The notes below the pieces were generated by a model. The model did no database searches. It was not told the origin of the DNA and saw only the letters and a program-made list of their open reading frames with translations. DNA of 64,000 nt, taken from Ignavibacteria bacterium (GTDB taxonomy: Bacteria; Bacteroidota; Ignavibacteria; Tepidaquicellales; Tepidaquicellaceae). A program made the translations under genes and the position numbers. The DNA is taken from assembly GCA_016783945.1 (NCBI GenBank), contig JADHVP010000002.1:852-64851 (forward strand), read 5' to 3'. The stretch's first letter is position 1. Every line of letters starts with the position of its first letter. Shown piece by piece: positions 19,065 through 30,333 of this stretch.

Positions 19065-20279
19065 ATGAAAATTCATGAATATCAGGCTAAGTCTATTTTA
19101 AAAGATTTTGGAGTTCCGGTTCCGGATGGTATAGCAATTAAATCTATGGATGAATTTGATAATGCGATAAATAAACTTAAGAAAAGAAAAATAACTCAAT
19201 TCGTCGTAAAGGCTCAAATCCATGCCGGTGGCAGAGGTAAAGGAACAGTTTATTATAAAAACAACAGAAACGAAATTGTTGTTGAAGGAGGCGTTAAATT
19301 TTTTGGGAGCGATGTCGATAAAGCAAAGGAATATGCAAGTAAAGTATTAGGTAATGTTTTGGTTACACACCAAAGCGGAAGCGAAGGAAAGGAAGTACAA
19401 ACTTTATATATCGGTGAAGGTCTTGATTATAAAGATGAACTATATTTGGGAATATTACTCGATCGCTCCAATTCGAAAAACGTGATAATGGCTTCGACAG
19501 AAGGCGGGGTAGAAATCGAGAAGGTCGCTGCTGAGACACCCGAAAAGATTATCAAAGTTTGGATTGAACCGTCAATAGGTATTCAGTCATACCAGGCTCG
19601 CGAACTTGCATTCGGACTTAATTTAAAAGGTGATACTTTTAAGGACTTTGTAAAATTCATAACAGCACTTTACAATGCCTATGAAAAATCCGATGCATCT
19701 CTCGTTGAAATCAATCCATTTGTCATCACCAACGATGATAAAGTATTAGCTTTGGATGCAAAAATTAATTTAGACGATAATGCTCTATTTAAAAACGAAG
19801 AATATGCAGCCCTAAGAGACCTGAATGAAGAAGACCCCTTGGAAATTGAAGCTTCAAAATCGGATTTGAATTATATTAAATTGGACGGAAATGTGGGTTG
19901 TATGGTGAATGGAGCAGGACTTGCTATGGCAACAATGGACCTTATTAAACTTGCCGGTGGTGAACCAGCCAATTTCCTGGATGTTGGTGGAACTGCATCG
20001 GCTGAGACTGTCGAGAATGGGTTTAAGATAATTTTATCCGATAAAAATGTGCAAGCAATATTAATTAATATATTCGGTGGAATCGTCAGGTGCGACAGGG
20101 TCGCTCAAGGTGTTGTTCAAGCAGCTAAACATATAAATATCCCTGTACCCGTTGTCGTCAGATTACAGGGGACAAACTCAGAGGAAGCAAAAAAGATATT
20201 AGACGATTCAGGATTGAATCTTATATCGGCAACGACTTTAGAAGATGCAGCTGACAAGGTTACAAAAGCAATTTCTTAG
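19065..20279 (+). CDS. sucC: succinate--CoA ligase (ADP-forming) beta subunit
   Basis: MKIHEYQAKSILKDFGVPVP..., an ATP-grasp region, and GNVGCMVNGAGLAMATMD. Confidence 0.9.
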   Translation: MKIHEYQAKSILKDFGVPVPDGIAIKSMDEFDNAINKLKKRKITQFVVKAQIHAGGRGKGTVYYKNNRNEIVVEGGVKFFGSDVDKAKEYASKVLGNVLVTHQSGSEGKEVQTLYIGEGLDYKDELYLGILLDRSNSKNVIMASTEGGVEIEKVAAETPEKIIKVWIEPSIGIQSYQARELAFGLNLKGDTFKDFVKFITALYNAYEKSDASLVEINPFVITNDDKVLALDAKINLDDNALFKNEEYAALRDLNEEDPLEIEASKSDLNYIKLDGNVGCMVNGAGLAMATMDLIKLAGGEPANFLDVGGTASAETVENGFKIILSDKNVQAILINIFGGIVRCDRVAQGVVQAAKHINIPVPVVVRLQGTNSEEAKKILDDSGLNLISATTLEDAADKVTKAIS

Positions 20280-20334
20280 CAGCGACATTGAATCACGTTT
20301 ATACTATAATTCATAATTAAAACTGAAATTATAA

Positions 20335-21369
20335 ATGTCATACAAAAACATTTTTCAGGAATATTCGCTCACGTATGATGATATTTCCCTTTTACCCAAT
20401 CAAATATCCGAAGTTGAACACAGGATGGACTGCGATACGTCCGTGAATTTTCTCGGTGTTAAATTATCAGTTCCAATCATCGCTTCCCCTATGAATACAG
20501 TTTGCGGAGGAAAAATGGCAAAGGCACTGGCGAATCTGAAATGCCTTGGAATTGTGCATAGGTTTAACACGGTTGATGAGCAATTAAAAGAATTTCAAGA
20601 TAACGACCTTTTAAAGAATAAATATAAAGCTGCAGCTATAGGAGTAAAACAGGAATCAGAAATTAACAGGCTGAAAAAGTTAGCTGATGCAGGAATAAAA
20701 ATATTTTGCATTGATATTGCTAGTGGGGGTTCCAGAAGACTCGAGAGATTCATCAATAACATCAATAGTATTATACATGATTACAAATTGAAAATAATCG
20801 CTGGAAACGTGGCGAGTTATGAAACAACAAAATTCTTAATAGATTTGGATGTAGATGCCATAAGAGTTGGTATAGGAAACGGGGCACTTTGTTCAACTTC
20901 AGTAAAATCCGGTGTTGGCATAGGTCAGGTGGATGCAATTGTCAGAGCACTCAAAGCAAAAGATTCATTGAAAAGTAAAGTAAAGATAATTGCCGATGGT
21001 GGTATTAGTACTCCCGGTACTATGTGTAAGGCGATTGCTCTTGGTTGTGATGCTGTTATTTTCGGTAGAGTACTCGCAGGCAGTGAAGAATCACCAGGAG
21101 ACGTATTGAAATATAATAACCAACGCTGGAAAAAATATTGCGGTAGTGCATCTTTTGCAGTTAAACAGGATAGCAAAAAATATATCGAAGGCGAAGAATC
21201 TTTAGTATCGTACAAAGGTTCAGTAACGAAAGTGATAAGGGAATATAGAGAAGGATTACAGTCATCCATGAGTTATTTAAACTCTAAAAATATTTCCGAT
21301 TATCAAAAGAATGCTACATTCGTAACATTAACAGGGCATTCATTTATTGAAAGAAAACCTCAATTATAA
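20335..21369 (+). CDS. IMPDH/GMP reductase family protein without a CBS insert (GMP reductase-like)
   Basis: [11 protein letters not shown]..., [11 protein letters not shown] and the catalytic loop [20 protein letters not shown]. Its 344 aa are collinear with E. coli GuaC. Confidence 0.65.
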   Translation: MSYKNIFQEYSLTYDDISLLPNQISEVEHRMDCDTSVNFLGVKLSVPIIASPMNTVCGGKMAKALANLKCLGIVHRFNTVDEQLKEFQDNDLLKNKYKAAAIGVKQESEINRLKKLADAGIKIFCIDIASGGSRRLERFINNINSIIHDYKLKIIAGNVASYETTKFLIDLDVDAIRVGIGNGALCSTSVKSGVGIGQVDAIVRALKAKDSLKSKVKIIADGGISTPGTMCKAIALGCDAVIFGRVLAGSEESPGDVLKYNNQRWKKYCGSASFAVKQDSKKYIEGEESLVSYKGSVTKVIREYREGLQSSMSYLNSKNISDYQKNATFVTLTGHSFIERKPQL

Positions 21370-21385
21370 TTTAAGATAAGAAAAC

Positions 21386-22150
21386 ATGAGGAAAAAATTA
21401 GTTGCGGGTAACTGGAAAATGAATAAGACATACCAGGATTCCAAAAAGTTGATAAAAAGTATAGGAAATAATCTTGATGAGGATACATTGTCTAAAATAG
21501 ATGTAGTAATATGTCCTCCGTTTACGTCATTATCAAGAGCAAGAAAGTTAACGAATAAATCCAAAATAAATATCGGAGCTCAGAACATGTATTATGAAAA
21601 CGATGGAGCATATACGGGGGAGATTTCTGCAAGCATGTTAAAAGCTCTGGGTTGTAAATATGTTATTCTTGGACATAGTGAGAGACGTCAATATTTTTCA
21701 GAAACAGATTTCACGATAAATCTAAAATTAAAAAAAGCTATTGAGAATGAATTAATCTCTATTGTATGTGTTGGGGAATCATTAGAACAAAGAGAAAACA
21801 AAATTCAAAATCAGATTGTGAAAGAACAACTAACAAATTGCTTGACAGCAATAGATAGGAAAGATTTTAATAAAATTGTTATAGCTTACGAACCTGTGTG
21901 GGCAATCGGTACTGGAAAAACAGCAACACCCGAACAGGCAAATCAAATGCATATTTTTATCAGAGAAACCATTGAAAAGTTATATAACCAGGATGTGTCA
22001 GCTAATATAAAAATTCTTTATGGTGGAAGTGTAAATGAAAATAACTCTCAAGAATTGTTTAATCAATCAGACATCGATGGCGGTCTTATCGGTGGTGCGA
22101 GTTTAAAACCTGAAAGTTTCGTAAAAATAATATTATCAGCTATAAATTAA
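21386..22150 (+). CDS. tpiA: triose-phosphate isomerase
   Basis: LVAGNWKMN, GHSERR, AYEPVWAIGTG, and GGSV...GGLIGGASL. Confidence 0.95.
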   Translation: MRKKLVAGNWKMNKTYQDSKKLIKSIGNNLDEDTLSKIDVVICPPFTSLSRARKLTNKSKINIGAQNMYYENDGAYTGEISASMLKALGCKYVILGHSERRQYFSETDFTINLKLKKAIENELISIVCVGESLEQRENKIQNQIVKEQLTNCLTAIDRKDFNKIVIAYEPVWAIGTGKTATPEQANQMHIFIRETIEKLYNQDVSANIKILYGGSVNENNSQELFNQSDIDGGLIGGASLKPESFVKIILSAIN

Positions 22151-22192
22151 TATATTTCAATTCATAATTATTATAAATAAAACAGACATACT

Positions 22193-23365
22193 ATGAAGGA
22201 AGTCGTAATAATATCAGCGGTAAGGACGCCAATAGGAAGCTACTTAGGTGCCTTATCATCTCTAACCGCACCGCAATTAGGTGCAATAGTAATAAAAGAA
22301 GTTGTTAAAAGAGCAAACATTAAACCAGAAGATGTCTCAGAAGTTATCATGGGATGTGTTCTGCCGGCAGGAATCGGGCAGGCACCTGCGAGACAGGCTG
22401 CTATATACGCGGGTTTACCAGTTTCCGTACCGTGCATGACCATAAATAAAGTCTGCGGTTCGGGATTGAAATCTGTAATGCTTGCAGAACAAGCAATTAA
22501 ATGCGGTGATGCAGACGTTGTTGTAGCAGGAGGTTTCGAATCAATGAGTAAAGTACCATACTATCTTGATAAAGCAAGAACAGGTTACAGAATGGGACAT
22601 GGTAAACTGATTGATGGAATGATAGAGGACGGACTGTGGGATGTTTACAATAATTTTCATATGGGAAATGCAGCTGAAATGTGTGCAAAAGAATTGAATA
22701 TCACACGGGAAGAACAGGATGCATTCGCTACGGAAAGTTATAAAAGAGCAATAAAAGCAATGGATGAAGGTTTGTTTAAAGAAGAGATAGTTCCAGTAGA
22801 GATTGAAACCAGAAAAGGAAATATAGTTGTCGAAGAAGATGAAGAACCACGTAAAGTAAATTTCGAAAAAGGTTTAACATTAAGACCTGCTTTTGACAAA
22901 GAAGGAACAGTTACAGCTTTTAATGCATCGAAAATCAATGATGGTGCTGCTGCAGTCGTATTAATGTCTGCTGATAAAGCAAAAGAGTTAGGATTAACTC
23001 CGATGGCAAAAATTGTAGCTCAAGCATCATTCGCACAAAAGCCCGAACAGTTCCCGACATCACCGGCTTACGCAATTAAGAATATATTAAAGAAAGCTGG
23101 ACTTGAAGTTAAAGATATTGATCTTTTCGAAGCTAATGAAGCATTTTCTGTTCAGGCATGTGCTGTAAATAAAGTTGCTGGATTAGATCCAGCTATAGTT
23201 AACGTCAATGGAGGCGCAGTAGCTATGGGTCATCCAATTGGAGGAAGCGGAGCCAGGATACTGACTACCCTTCTTTATGCTATGAAGAATCGTGATGCAA
23301 AAAGAGGTTTAGCTACTTTGTGTATAGGCGGTGGTGAAGCAAGTGCAGTTATTGTCGAAAGATGA
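22193..23365 (+). CDS. acetyl-CoA C-acetyltransferase (thiolase II)
   Basis: INKVCGSGLKSV (active Cys), NVNGGAVAMGHPIGGSG and CIGGGEA. Confidence 0.9.
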   Translation: MKEVVIISAVRTPIGSYLGALSSLTAPQLGAIVIKEVVKRANIKPEDVSEVIMGCVLPAGIGQAPARQAAIYAGLPVSVPCMTINKVCGSGLKSVMLAEQAIKCGDADVVVAGGFESMSKVPYYLDKARTGYRMGHGKLIDGMIEDGLWDVYNNFHMGNAAEMCAKELNITREEQDAFATESYKRAIKAMDEGLFKEEIVPVEIETRKGNIVVEEDEEPRKVNFEKGLTLRPAFDKEGTVTAFNASKINDGAAAVVLMSADKAKELGLTPMAKIVAQASFAQKPEQFPTSPAYAIKNILKKAGLEVKDIDLFEANEAFSVQACAVNKVAGLDPAIVNVNGGAVAMGHPIGGSGARILTTLLYAMKNRDAKRGLATLCIGGGEASAVIVER

Positions 23366-23414
23366 TAACTTTTTTAAATTAACAAATTTTTATAACTATA
23401 AATAAATCTTAAAA

Positions 23415-24272
23415 ATGGATATCAAAAACATAGCAGTAATTGGTGTTGGAACGATGGGTAATGGAATTGCCCACACGTTTGCACAATTTGGATATAATGT
23501 ATTGATAATTGATGTTAACAAGGAATTGCTTGATAAGGGGATTGCAACTATTACAAAAAACTTAGATCGACAGGTAAAGAAAGAAAAAATATCCGAAGAA
23601 CAAAAAGAATCAACATTAAGCAATATTAAATCTTCACTTGAATTAACGGATGTAAAAGATTCGGAGCTTATAATAGAAGCAGCAACAGAAAATATTGATA
23701 CAAAGAAAAAGATATTTGAAACTATTGATAAAGCAGCTAAATCTGATGCAATAATAGCAAGTAATACATCATCAATCTCAATAACAGAAATTGCAGCTTT
23801 TACAAAGCGACCTGATAAAGTGATCGGAATGCATTTTATGAATCCTGTCCCGATGATGAAATTAATTGAAGTGATAAGAGGCTTAGTTACTTCACAGGAA
23901 ACATTCGACACAATATACGATTTATCAAAGAAGATTGAGAAGGAACCTGTTGAAGTTCAGGATTTTCCTGGCTTTGTATCTAATAGAGTTTTACTCCCAA
24001 TGCTTAACGAAGCAATGTATTGTGTGATGGAGGGCGTTGCGACTCCGGAAGCAATTGACACTGTTATGAAACTTGGTATGGCTCATCCGATGGGTCCATT
24101 GGCTCTTGCCGACTTCATTGGTCTCGATGTTTGTCTATCAATAATGGAAGTGCTTCATGAAGGATTGGGAGATTCAAAGTACAGACCTTGCCCATTATTA
24201 AAGAAAATGGTAGCAGCCGGTTATCTTGGAAGGAAAAGTGGCAGGGGATTTTATGATTATACGGAAAAATAA
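23415..24272 (+). CDS. hbd: 3-hydroxybutyryl-CoA dehydrogenase
   Basis: NAD fold [23 protein letters not shown], and [17 protein letters not shown]. Confidence 0.9.
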   Translation: MDIKNIAVIGVGTMGNGIAHTFAQFGYNVLIIDVNKELLDKGIATITKNLDRQVKKEKISEEQKESTLSNIKSSLELTDVKDSELIIEAATENIDTKKKIFETIDKAAKSDAIIASNTSSISITEIAAFTKRPDKVIGMHFMNPVPMMKLIEVIRGLVTSQETFDTIYDLSKKIEKEPVEVQDFPGFVSNRVLLPMLNEAMYCVMEGVATPEAIDTVMKLGMAHPMGPLALADFIGLDVCLSIMEVLHEGLGDSKYRPCPLLKKMVAAGYLGRKSGRGFYDYTEK

Positions 24273-24314
24273 TTCACAAATTAATTTTATATTAATAAAC
24301 TAAAAATACTTATC

Positions 24315-25454
24315 ATGAATTTTGAATTAACAGATGAGCATAAAGCTATAAAAGATGCTGCAAAAGATTTCGCTGAAAATGAAATTGCTCCAACTTCAGT
24401 CGAAAGAGACATAAAAGCAGTATTTCCATTTGAAATCATCAAAAAATTGGGTGAACTTGGATTTATGGGTATGATGGTTTCTCAGGATCGGGGTGGTGCT
24501 GGGATGGATACAGTAAGCTATGTAGTCGCTTTGGAAGAAATTTCTAAAGTTGATGCATCGGTTGGAGTAATTATGTCTGTAAATAACTCTTTAGTGTGCT
24601 ATGGACTTGAGGAATATGGTTCAGATCATATCAAAGAAAATTATTTAAAACCACTTGCATCCGGGCAGAAATTAGGTGCATTTTGTCTGTCAGAACCCGA
24701 AGCAGGAAGTGATGCTACAGCTCAAAAGAGTACTGCCGAACTCCATGGTGATCACTATATCCTTAATGGAATGAAAAATTTTATTACCAGCGGAGTTAAT
24801 GCTGATTACTATGTAATGCAAGCTGTAACTGATAAATCGAAAGGATATAAAGGTATCTCTACCTTTTTAGTTGAAAAAGCGTATGAAGGAGTTGAAGTTG
24901 GTAAAAAAGAAGATAAATTAGGTATCAGAAGCTCAGATACATGTTCTATTGGTTTAAACAATGCTAAAGTTCCTAAAGAGAATATAATAGGAGAAGAAGG
25001 AATGGGGTTTAAAGTTGCAATGACAACTTTAAATGGTGGAAGAATAGGTATTGCTGCTCAAGCTCTTGGCATTGCACAAGCTTCTTTGGAAGCTGCTGTG
25101 CAATACTCTAAAGAAAGAAAAGCATTCGATGCACCGATTGCTAATCTACAGGCTATCCAGTTTAAACTCGCCGATATGTGCATGAATGTCGAAGCTGCTA
25201 GATTGTTAACACTTCAAGCAGCAAGAAAAAAAGATAATAATCAAAATTACATACGAGAAGCAGCTCAATGTAAACTTTTTGCGAGTGAAGTTGCCGTTAA
25301 GAATGCTTTGGAAGCTATTCAAATTCACGGTGGATATGGATATGTTAGAGAGTATCTTGTTGAGAGATTTTTAAGAGATGCAAAGATAACTGAAATTTAT
25401 GAAGGTACGAGTGAAATCCAAAGACTGGTCATCGCAAGAGAGATATTAAAATAG
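24315..25454 (+). CDS. acyl-CoA dehydrogenase (short-chain/butyryl-CoA type)
   Basis: CLSEPEAGSDA, ...QIHGGYGYVREY..., and YEGTSEIQRLVIAREIL. Confidence 0.9.
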   Translation: MNFELTDEHKAIKDAAKDFAENEIAPTSVERDIKAVFPFEIIKKLGELGFMGMMVSQDRGGAGMDTVSYVVALEEISKVDASVGVIMSVNNSLVCYGLEEYGSDHIKENYLKPLASGQKLGAFCLSEPEAGSDATAQKSTAELHGDHYILNGMKNFITSGVNADYYVMQAVTDKSKGYKGISTFLVEKAYEGVEVGKKEDKLGIRSSDTCSIGLNNAKVPKENIIGEEGMGFKVAMTTLNGGRIGIAAQALGIAQASLEAAVQYSKERKAFDAPIANLQAIQFKLADMCMNVEAARLLTLQAARKKDNNQNYIREAAQCKLFASEVAVKNALEAIQIHGGYGYVREYLVERFLRDAKITEIYEGTSEIQRLVIAREILK

Positions 25455-25461
25455 TTAAAAT

Positions 25462-25503
25462 AAAAAAATCCCAAATTAGGAATTTTTAATTTGGGATTTT
25501 TTT
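25462..25503. terminator. bidirectional rho-independent terminator between convergent genes
   Basis: aaaaaaatcccaaatta-N8-taatttgggattttttt gives a long perfect stem flanked by an A-run and a T-run. It sits between the stops at 25454 (+) and 25505 (-). Confidence 0.85.
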
Positions 25504-25504
25504 A

Positions 25505-26212
25505 TTAAAAACTGAAAATTCCTTTAAAGGATAGATTAACGCTATTGAAATTACTTGCCATTGAAGATGCAACTGGTATTACATTATCACCTTTCAGTGG
25601 TACCAACCTGTAACCTAATTCAATCGCATAACCAAACCTTGCTGACGAGCCAAACCCAACCATAAAATGTAAATTCTCATTCCAGATACTATTTTTTGAT
25701 GTTTTGAACCCTTGATATGATGTCAAATTTTCATCGATGTATATGTTATTATCGTACTCTTCTCTTATATACATTGGTCCACCGCCAAATTCTATATATA
25801 AATTACTTACAGGTGACAGCATATCTTCAGTAAAAGGATAAAATTTTATATTAATGTTTAATGGAAGTGCAAACAAGTTAGCTTTGTTCGGGACGTAATA
25901 TCTTTTACTAATATCATCATTGAAATAGAATCCATCACTGTTGCTGGAAGATGAATAAACAAACGATGGTGATATTTCGATAGCAAAACTTTTATTTAAT
26001 CTGATTCCATAGAACAAATTTACTTCATTCATAAATGATGAATTGGAAAAATTAAATACGGGATATACTTCTGCAACATCTGAATTCGTAAAGAATATCA
26101 AACTGTATCCTAAACCAGCATAACTATAACTCTCTCCCCTGCTTTTAGTTTGCGAACTTGCAAAACTGTAAGTTAAAGAAAGAATTATCAGTGAGAGAAT
26201 GAATTTTTTCAT
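25505..26212 (-). CDS. outer-membrane beta-barrel protein (OmpW/OprF-N-like small porin family)
   Basis: Signal peptide MKKFILSLIILSLTYSFASSQ, alternating beta-strand pattern, and a C-terminal ...SFKGIFSF. Confidence 0.55.
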   Translation of the reverse strand: MKKFILSLIILSLTYSFASSQTKSRGESYSYAGLGYSLIFFTNSDVAEVYPVFNFSNSSFMNEVNLFYGIRLNKSFAIEISPSFVYSSSSNSDGFYFNDDISKRYYVPNKANLFALPLNINIKFYPFTEDMLSPVSNLYIEFGGGPMYIREEYDNNIYIDENLTSYQGFKTSKNSIWNENLHFMVGFGSSARFGYAIELGYRLVPLKGDNVIPVASSMASNFNSVNLSFKGIFSF

Positions 26213-26229
26213 TTTAGTGTTTTCAAATT

Positions 26230-27726
26230 TTATAAAATGTATCTGCTAAGATCTCGATTTTTAACAATGGTACTCAATTTATTATTAACAAGTTTCTTAT
26301 TAATAAATATTTTTCTTTTCTTTTGTTTATCCGGAACCTCGAATAATATATCCTCCAACAAAGTAGTAAGGATAGTATGAAGTCTTCTTGCGCCAATGTT
26401 CTCAACCTGCTCATTTACTTCTGCAGCTATCTTAGCAACTTCTTTAATCGATTCATCATCAAATATTAATTCGACATTTTCGGATTCCAATAAAGCTTTG
26501 TATTGCTTTATCAAAGCATTTTCGGGTTGTGTTAGGATTTTATAAAAATCTTGTTCATTTAGACTGTTCAACTCTACTCGTATTGGAAATCTTCCCTGAA
26601 GCTCAGGTATAAGATCGCTCGGTTTAGAAATATGAAAAGCACCCGATGCAATAAAAAGAATATGATCTGTTTTAACCGGTCCGTATTTTGTAATTACGGT
26701 AGAGCCTTCAATAATCGGTAGTAAGTCTCTCTGAACACCTTCACGGGAAACATCTACCCCGGAAGAAGATTTACTGTCTTTACTGGATATCTTATCAATT
26801 TCATCAATAAAAACTATTCCGGAATTTTGAACTTTATCAAGTGCTTCCTGAATTACCCTATCCATATCAATTAGTTTCTGTGATTCTTCATGTGATAGAA
26901 CCTTTCTTGCTTCTGCAATTGTTAGTTTCTTTTTTTTCGATTTCTTGGGGACCATATTCCCAAACATATCTTGCAAATTTAAACCCATTTCTTCCAAACC
27001 TATCGGTCCAAGAACCTGAAGCATGGGAAAATTCTCACTTGATAGATCAAGTTCGATTACTCTCTCATCAAGTTTCCCACTCTTTACTAATTTCTTAAAC
27101 TTCTCCCTCGTTTTCAGATTCGCTTCATTATTATCTTTCTTATCATCGTTGCTAATATTAAAGCCCAATTCAGTTTTACCCTGAGTTTTTACTGCTTCGC
27201 TTGCTGTTGCTCTTTTTTTCACCGGCGGAATTAATATGTCTAGAATCCGCTCGTCTGCATTCTCCTGAGCTTTTCCCTCAACCTCTTTCGTTTTATTCTG
27301 CTTAATCATATTAACAGATAAATCAGAAAGCTCCCTGATCATTGATTCAACATCTCTTCCAACATATCCTACTTCAGTATACTTCGATGCTTCTACTTTT
27401 ATAAAAGGTGCGTTTGACAACCTTGATAAACGCCTTGCAATTTCGGTTTTACCTACACCAGTCGGACCTATCATTATAATATTGTTCGGTAATATTTCCT
27501 CTCGTATCTCTTCAGCGATTTGCTGTCTTCTCCATCGGTTTCTTAGAGCGATTGAGACTGACTTCTTCGCATTATCCTGACCGATAATATATTTATCGAG
27601 TTCCTTAACGATCTCTGAAGGAGTTAGCTGCCCTGTTATTTTTGTTGACTCCCCTTTTATCTTTCCCTTTCGTTCTTTAGTATCAGATTTTTTATTGCTT
27701 TCTTCTTTTATCAATTTTTTGGTCAT
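26230..27726 (-). CDS. hslU: ATP-dependent protease ATPase subunit HslU
   Basis: [24 protein letters not shown], Walker [25 protein letters not shown], and a C-terminal ...RDLSRYIL. Confidence 0.95.
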   Translation of the reverse strand: MTKKLIKEESNKKSDTKERKGKIKGESTKITGQLTPSEIVKELDKYIIGQDNAKKSVSIALRNRWRRQQIAEEIREEILPNNIIMIGPTGVGKTEIARRLSRLSNAPFIKVEASKYTEVGYVGRDVESMIRELSDLSVNMIKQNKTKEVEGKAQENADERILDILIPPVKKRATASEAVKTQGKTELGFNISNDDKKDNNEANLKTREKFKKLVKSGKLDERVIELDLSSENFPMLQVLGPIGLEEMGLNLQDMFGNMVPKKSKKKKLTIAEARKVLSHEESQKLIDMDRVIQEALDKVQNSGIVFIDEIDKISSKDSKSSSGVDVSREGVQRDLLPIIEGSTVITKYGPVKTDHILFIASGAFHISKPSDLIPELQGRFPIRVELNSLNEQDFYKILTQPENALIKQYKALLESENVELIFDDESIKEVAKIAAEVNEQVENIGARRLHTILTTLLEDILFEVPDKQKKRKIFINKKLVNNKLSTIVKNRDLSRYIL

Positions 27727-27742
27727 GGTTTTATAAATATTT

Positions 27743-28291
27743 TTATTTGTTATTCAATTCTTCAATTGTGATATTAGTATTTGTATAAATGCAAACATTA
27801 GCTGCCTGTTTTAATGATTCCTTTATAATCTCTTTCGCGGATAGATTTGTATACTTAAGCATTATTCTTGCTGCTATAGTTGCGTACTGACCACCGGAAC
27901 CAATCGCAATTATACCATCATCCGGTTCAATCACGTCACCTGTCCCTGAAATTAAAAAAGTTTTATCTTTACCCACTACTGCCAGGAGTGCTTCCAGCCT
28001 GCGAAGATATTTATCGGTTCTCCATTCCTTTGCAAGTTCAACCGCAGCTCTCGATAAATTTCCTTTATATTGTTCAAGCTTACTTTCAAACCTTTCAAAC
28101 AAGGTAAATGCATCTGATGTTGCTCCTGCAAATCCAACTAGAACCGTATTATTAAAAATTTTTCTTACTTTCTTGGCAGTATGTTTCATTACAGAATCTC
28201 CCATCGTAACCTGACCGTCGCTCCCTATAACAGCTTTCCCATCTTTTATTAATCCTATTACTGTTGTTGCTTTGATAGTATTCTTTCTCAC
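27743..28291 (-). CDS. hslV: ATP-dependent protease subunit HslV
   Basis: Catalytic Thr region ...[24 protein letters not shown], and [17 protein letters not shown]. Confidence 0.95.
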   Translation of the reverse strand: MRKNTIKATTVIGLIKDGKAVIGSDGQVTMGDSVMKHTAKKVRKIFNNTVLVGFAGATSDAFTLFERFESKLEQYKGNLSRAAVELAKEWRTDKYLRRLEALLAVVGKDKTFLISGTGDVIEPDDGIIAIGSGGQYATIAARIMLKYTNLSAKEIIKESLKQAANVCIYTNTNITIEELNNK

Positions 28292-28322
28292 TTTAATATA
28301 TTATTATTTAAAAAATTACTAT

Positions 28323-29768
28323 TTAAATTTTTCTCCTTAATCTTGCTTTCGGTATTTTCAGTGACTCTCGGTATTTCGCAATTGTTCTTCTTGCTATTTT
28401 ATATCCTATTTTTTTCATCTCTACTGCAAGCTGGTCGTCTGTAAATGGTTTCGAAGTATCTTCATTATCTATTATCTCTTTCAATTTTATTTTAATCTCT
28501 TTTGTCGAAATGTCATCACCTTCATCATTCTTCATATAATTACTGAAAAAATATTTTAGTTCATAGATTCCAAAATCTGTTTGTACATATTTTCCCCTGA
28601 CAGTACGGCTTACAGTAGAAATATCCATGTTAATATCTTCGGCAACATCCTTTTCATACATTGGCTTCAGTCCTTCACCCAAATTATCAAAGAACTCAAT
28701 CTGTCTTCGAAGAATCGAGTTCATAACTTTCAACATTGTTTCCCTTCTCGATTTTATAGCTTCTAAAAACCATTTAGCTCTTTCAAAATTATTTGTTATA
28801 AAATCTTTTGTATCTTTTTCTAATTTTTTCTTATCACGTGATAATAGCTTTTTATACGTTTTGTTTAATCTTAAACTTGGAATATTTCTGTCATTTAATT
28901 CAATTTTATATTCACCATTCTCTTTAGTTATAATAAGATCGGGATAGATGTAATTTTGTTCAATTGAATTTTCTATTGCTCCTGGTTTGGGATTAAGTTT
29001 TAAAATGAAATCAAAAATTTCGTTAATAGTTTCAGCATCTACATTCAACTCTTTAATGAGTTTTTCGTAATTCTTTAACCTGAATTCTTCAAAGTAATCA
29101 TTCAATACTCTTTTACATAGCTTTTTGAAACCTTCATCTATCTTTGAATTATTGATCTGAAGAATTAAACATTCGCGAAGATTCCTTGAGGCAATCCCTA
29201 TAGGATCATATTTTTGAATACGCTCTATGACTTCATTTATTTCCTCTAATTTAAAATCCTCATTCTCAAATTCCGTTCCAATCTTTAGTTTATCGATATC
29301 CCTTTTTATATCTTCGATTTCGTCTCTTAGATATCCTTCATCATCAAGACTACCGATTACCTCCTCACCTATAAAAATTTGTTTATCGTTTAAGCCGGAC
29401 AGATGCAGTTGTGATAAAAGATTATCGTACAAAGTAGCTTTACTTCTCCATAAGTTTTCCTGAATTACCCTTCTATCATTAACACTGTTGTCTTGTGTTT
29501 TATATCCTGCTATATCATCATCACCATAATCTTCCCAATCGAATTCTTCATCTTCATCTGACTTGCTTTCCTCTTCTTTAATTTCCTCTTTTTCTTCTGA
29601 CTCCTCCTCTAGTAAATCATAAATCTCATCTAAAAAAGGATTTTGTTCTATCTCTTGCCTCATCATTTGTTCAATTGCTAATGTAGGGATAGCTAATAGA
29701 CTTTGTCTCTGAATTATTTGAGGAAGAATCTTTTGTACTAACCGTTGAGTTTGAGTCTGTCTTAACAT
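28323..29768 (-). CDS. rpoN: RNA polymerase sigma-54 factor
   Basis: N-terminal Q/L-rich region I (MLRQTQTQRLVQKILPQ), an acidic region II, and the C-terminal RpoN box ARRTIAKYRESLKIP. Confidence 0.9.
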   Translation of the reverse strand: MLRQTQTQRLVQKILPQIIQRQSLLAIPTLAIEQMMRQEIEQNPFLDEIYDLLEEESEEKEEIKEEESKSDEDEEFDWEDYGDDDIAGYKTQDNSVNDRRVIQENLWRSKATLYDNLLSQLHLSGLNDKQIFIGEEVIGSLDDEGYLRDEIEDIKRDIDKLKIGTEFENEDFKLEEINEVIERIQKYDPIGIASRNLRECLILQINNSKIDEGFKKLCKRVLNDYFEEFRLKNYEKLIKELNVDAETINEIFDFILKLNPKPGAIENSIEQNYIYPDLIITKENGEYKIELNDRNIPSLRLNKTYKKLLSRDKKKLEKDTKDFITNNFERAKWFLEAIKSRRETMLKVMNSILRRQIEFFDNLGEGLKPMYEKDVAEDINMDISTVSRTVRGKYVQTDFGIYELKYFFSNYMKNDEGDDISTKEIKIKLKEIIDNEDTSKPFTDDQLAVEMKKIGYKIARRTIAKYRESLKIPKARLRRKI

Positions 29769-29775
29769 AGTTCCA

Positions 29776-30333
29776 CTAAATGTTTATTCGTTTTTCTAAA
29801 TTATAATAAAAGTGTTTACCACACTCGCGAATGATTCCATCTTTAACAAATTTCATTACTGGAACACCTTCCAGTAAACCTTTATCCAACGCATCGTTGC
29901 ATTCGTTTATTATTTCATATTTCAGGATATTCCTTTTCTTTCCATTGATTCTGATTGGAAACAAATGACATGAAATTGGTTTTATAAAATCTATCTTGTT
30001 TTCAAAGTAAGCTTTCTGGATAGCACACTTAGCAATTCCAGTATCATAGTAAGAAAAAACGCAGTCGTCATTGTTTATCCCTTTTAATGAGTATTCATTT
30101 CCGTCTCTTTCATAAAACCCATTTTCATCAATCCAATTACAATTGATACCTGCTAAATTCTCTTTCACTGTGACTAATATTGATTCGAATTTTTTTATTT
30201 CCTCTTTTAACAAAGGAGCCCCGATTGTTCCTTTTATCGTACAGCACGCACCTTTACACAATTGTAAATCACACGAGAATTTTACCGAGAAGATCCTATC
30301 GTCAATCATGTATTTATCTAAACCATCATTCAT
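29776..30333 (-). CDS. DUF3109 family Cys-rich protein
   Basis: FSCDLQLCKGACCTIKGTIGAPLLKEEI matches the DUF3109 N-terminal Cys cluster. Confidence 0.6.
   Translation of the reverse strand: MNDGLDKYMIDDRIFSVKFSCDLQLCKGACCTIKGTIGAPLLKEEIKKFESILVTVKENLAGINCNWIDENGFYERDGNEYSLKGINNDDCVFSYYDTGIAKCAIQKAYFENKIDFIKPISCHLFPIRINGKKRNILKYEIINECNDALDKGLLEGVPVMKFVKDGIIRECGKHFYYNLEKRINI

Noticed and set aside
23396-23911. 171-aa minus-strand ORF antisense to hbd
   Set aside because: It is a shadow ORF opposite a strongly supported gene, with hydrophobic low-complexity sequence. The same reasoning applies to 3081-3473, 3219-3500, 4056-4532, 36229-36729, 39227-39559, 42156-42494, 43532-43882, 46395-46814, 47084-47473, 48122-48493, 20925-21269 and 13816-14145.
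22193-25454. Thiolase-hbd-acyl-CoA dehydrogenase cluster as an unusual system
   Set aside because: It is an ordinary butyrate/beta-oxidation-type gene set. The absence of crotonase and etfAB from the window is not informative, because they can be encoded elsewhere.
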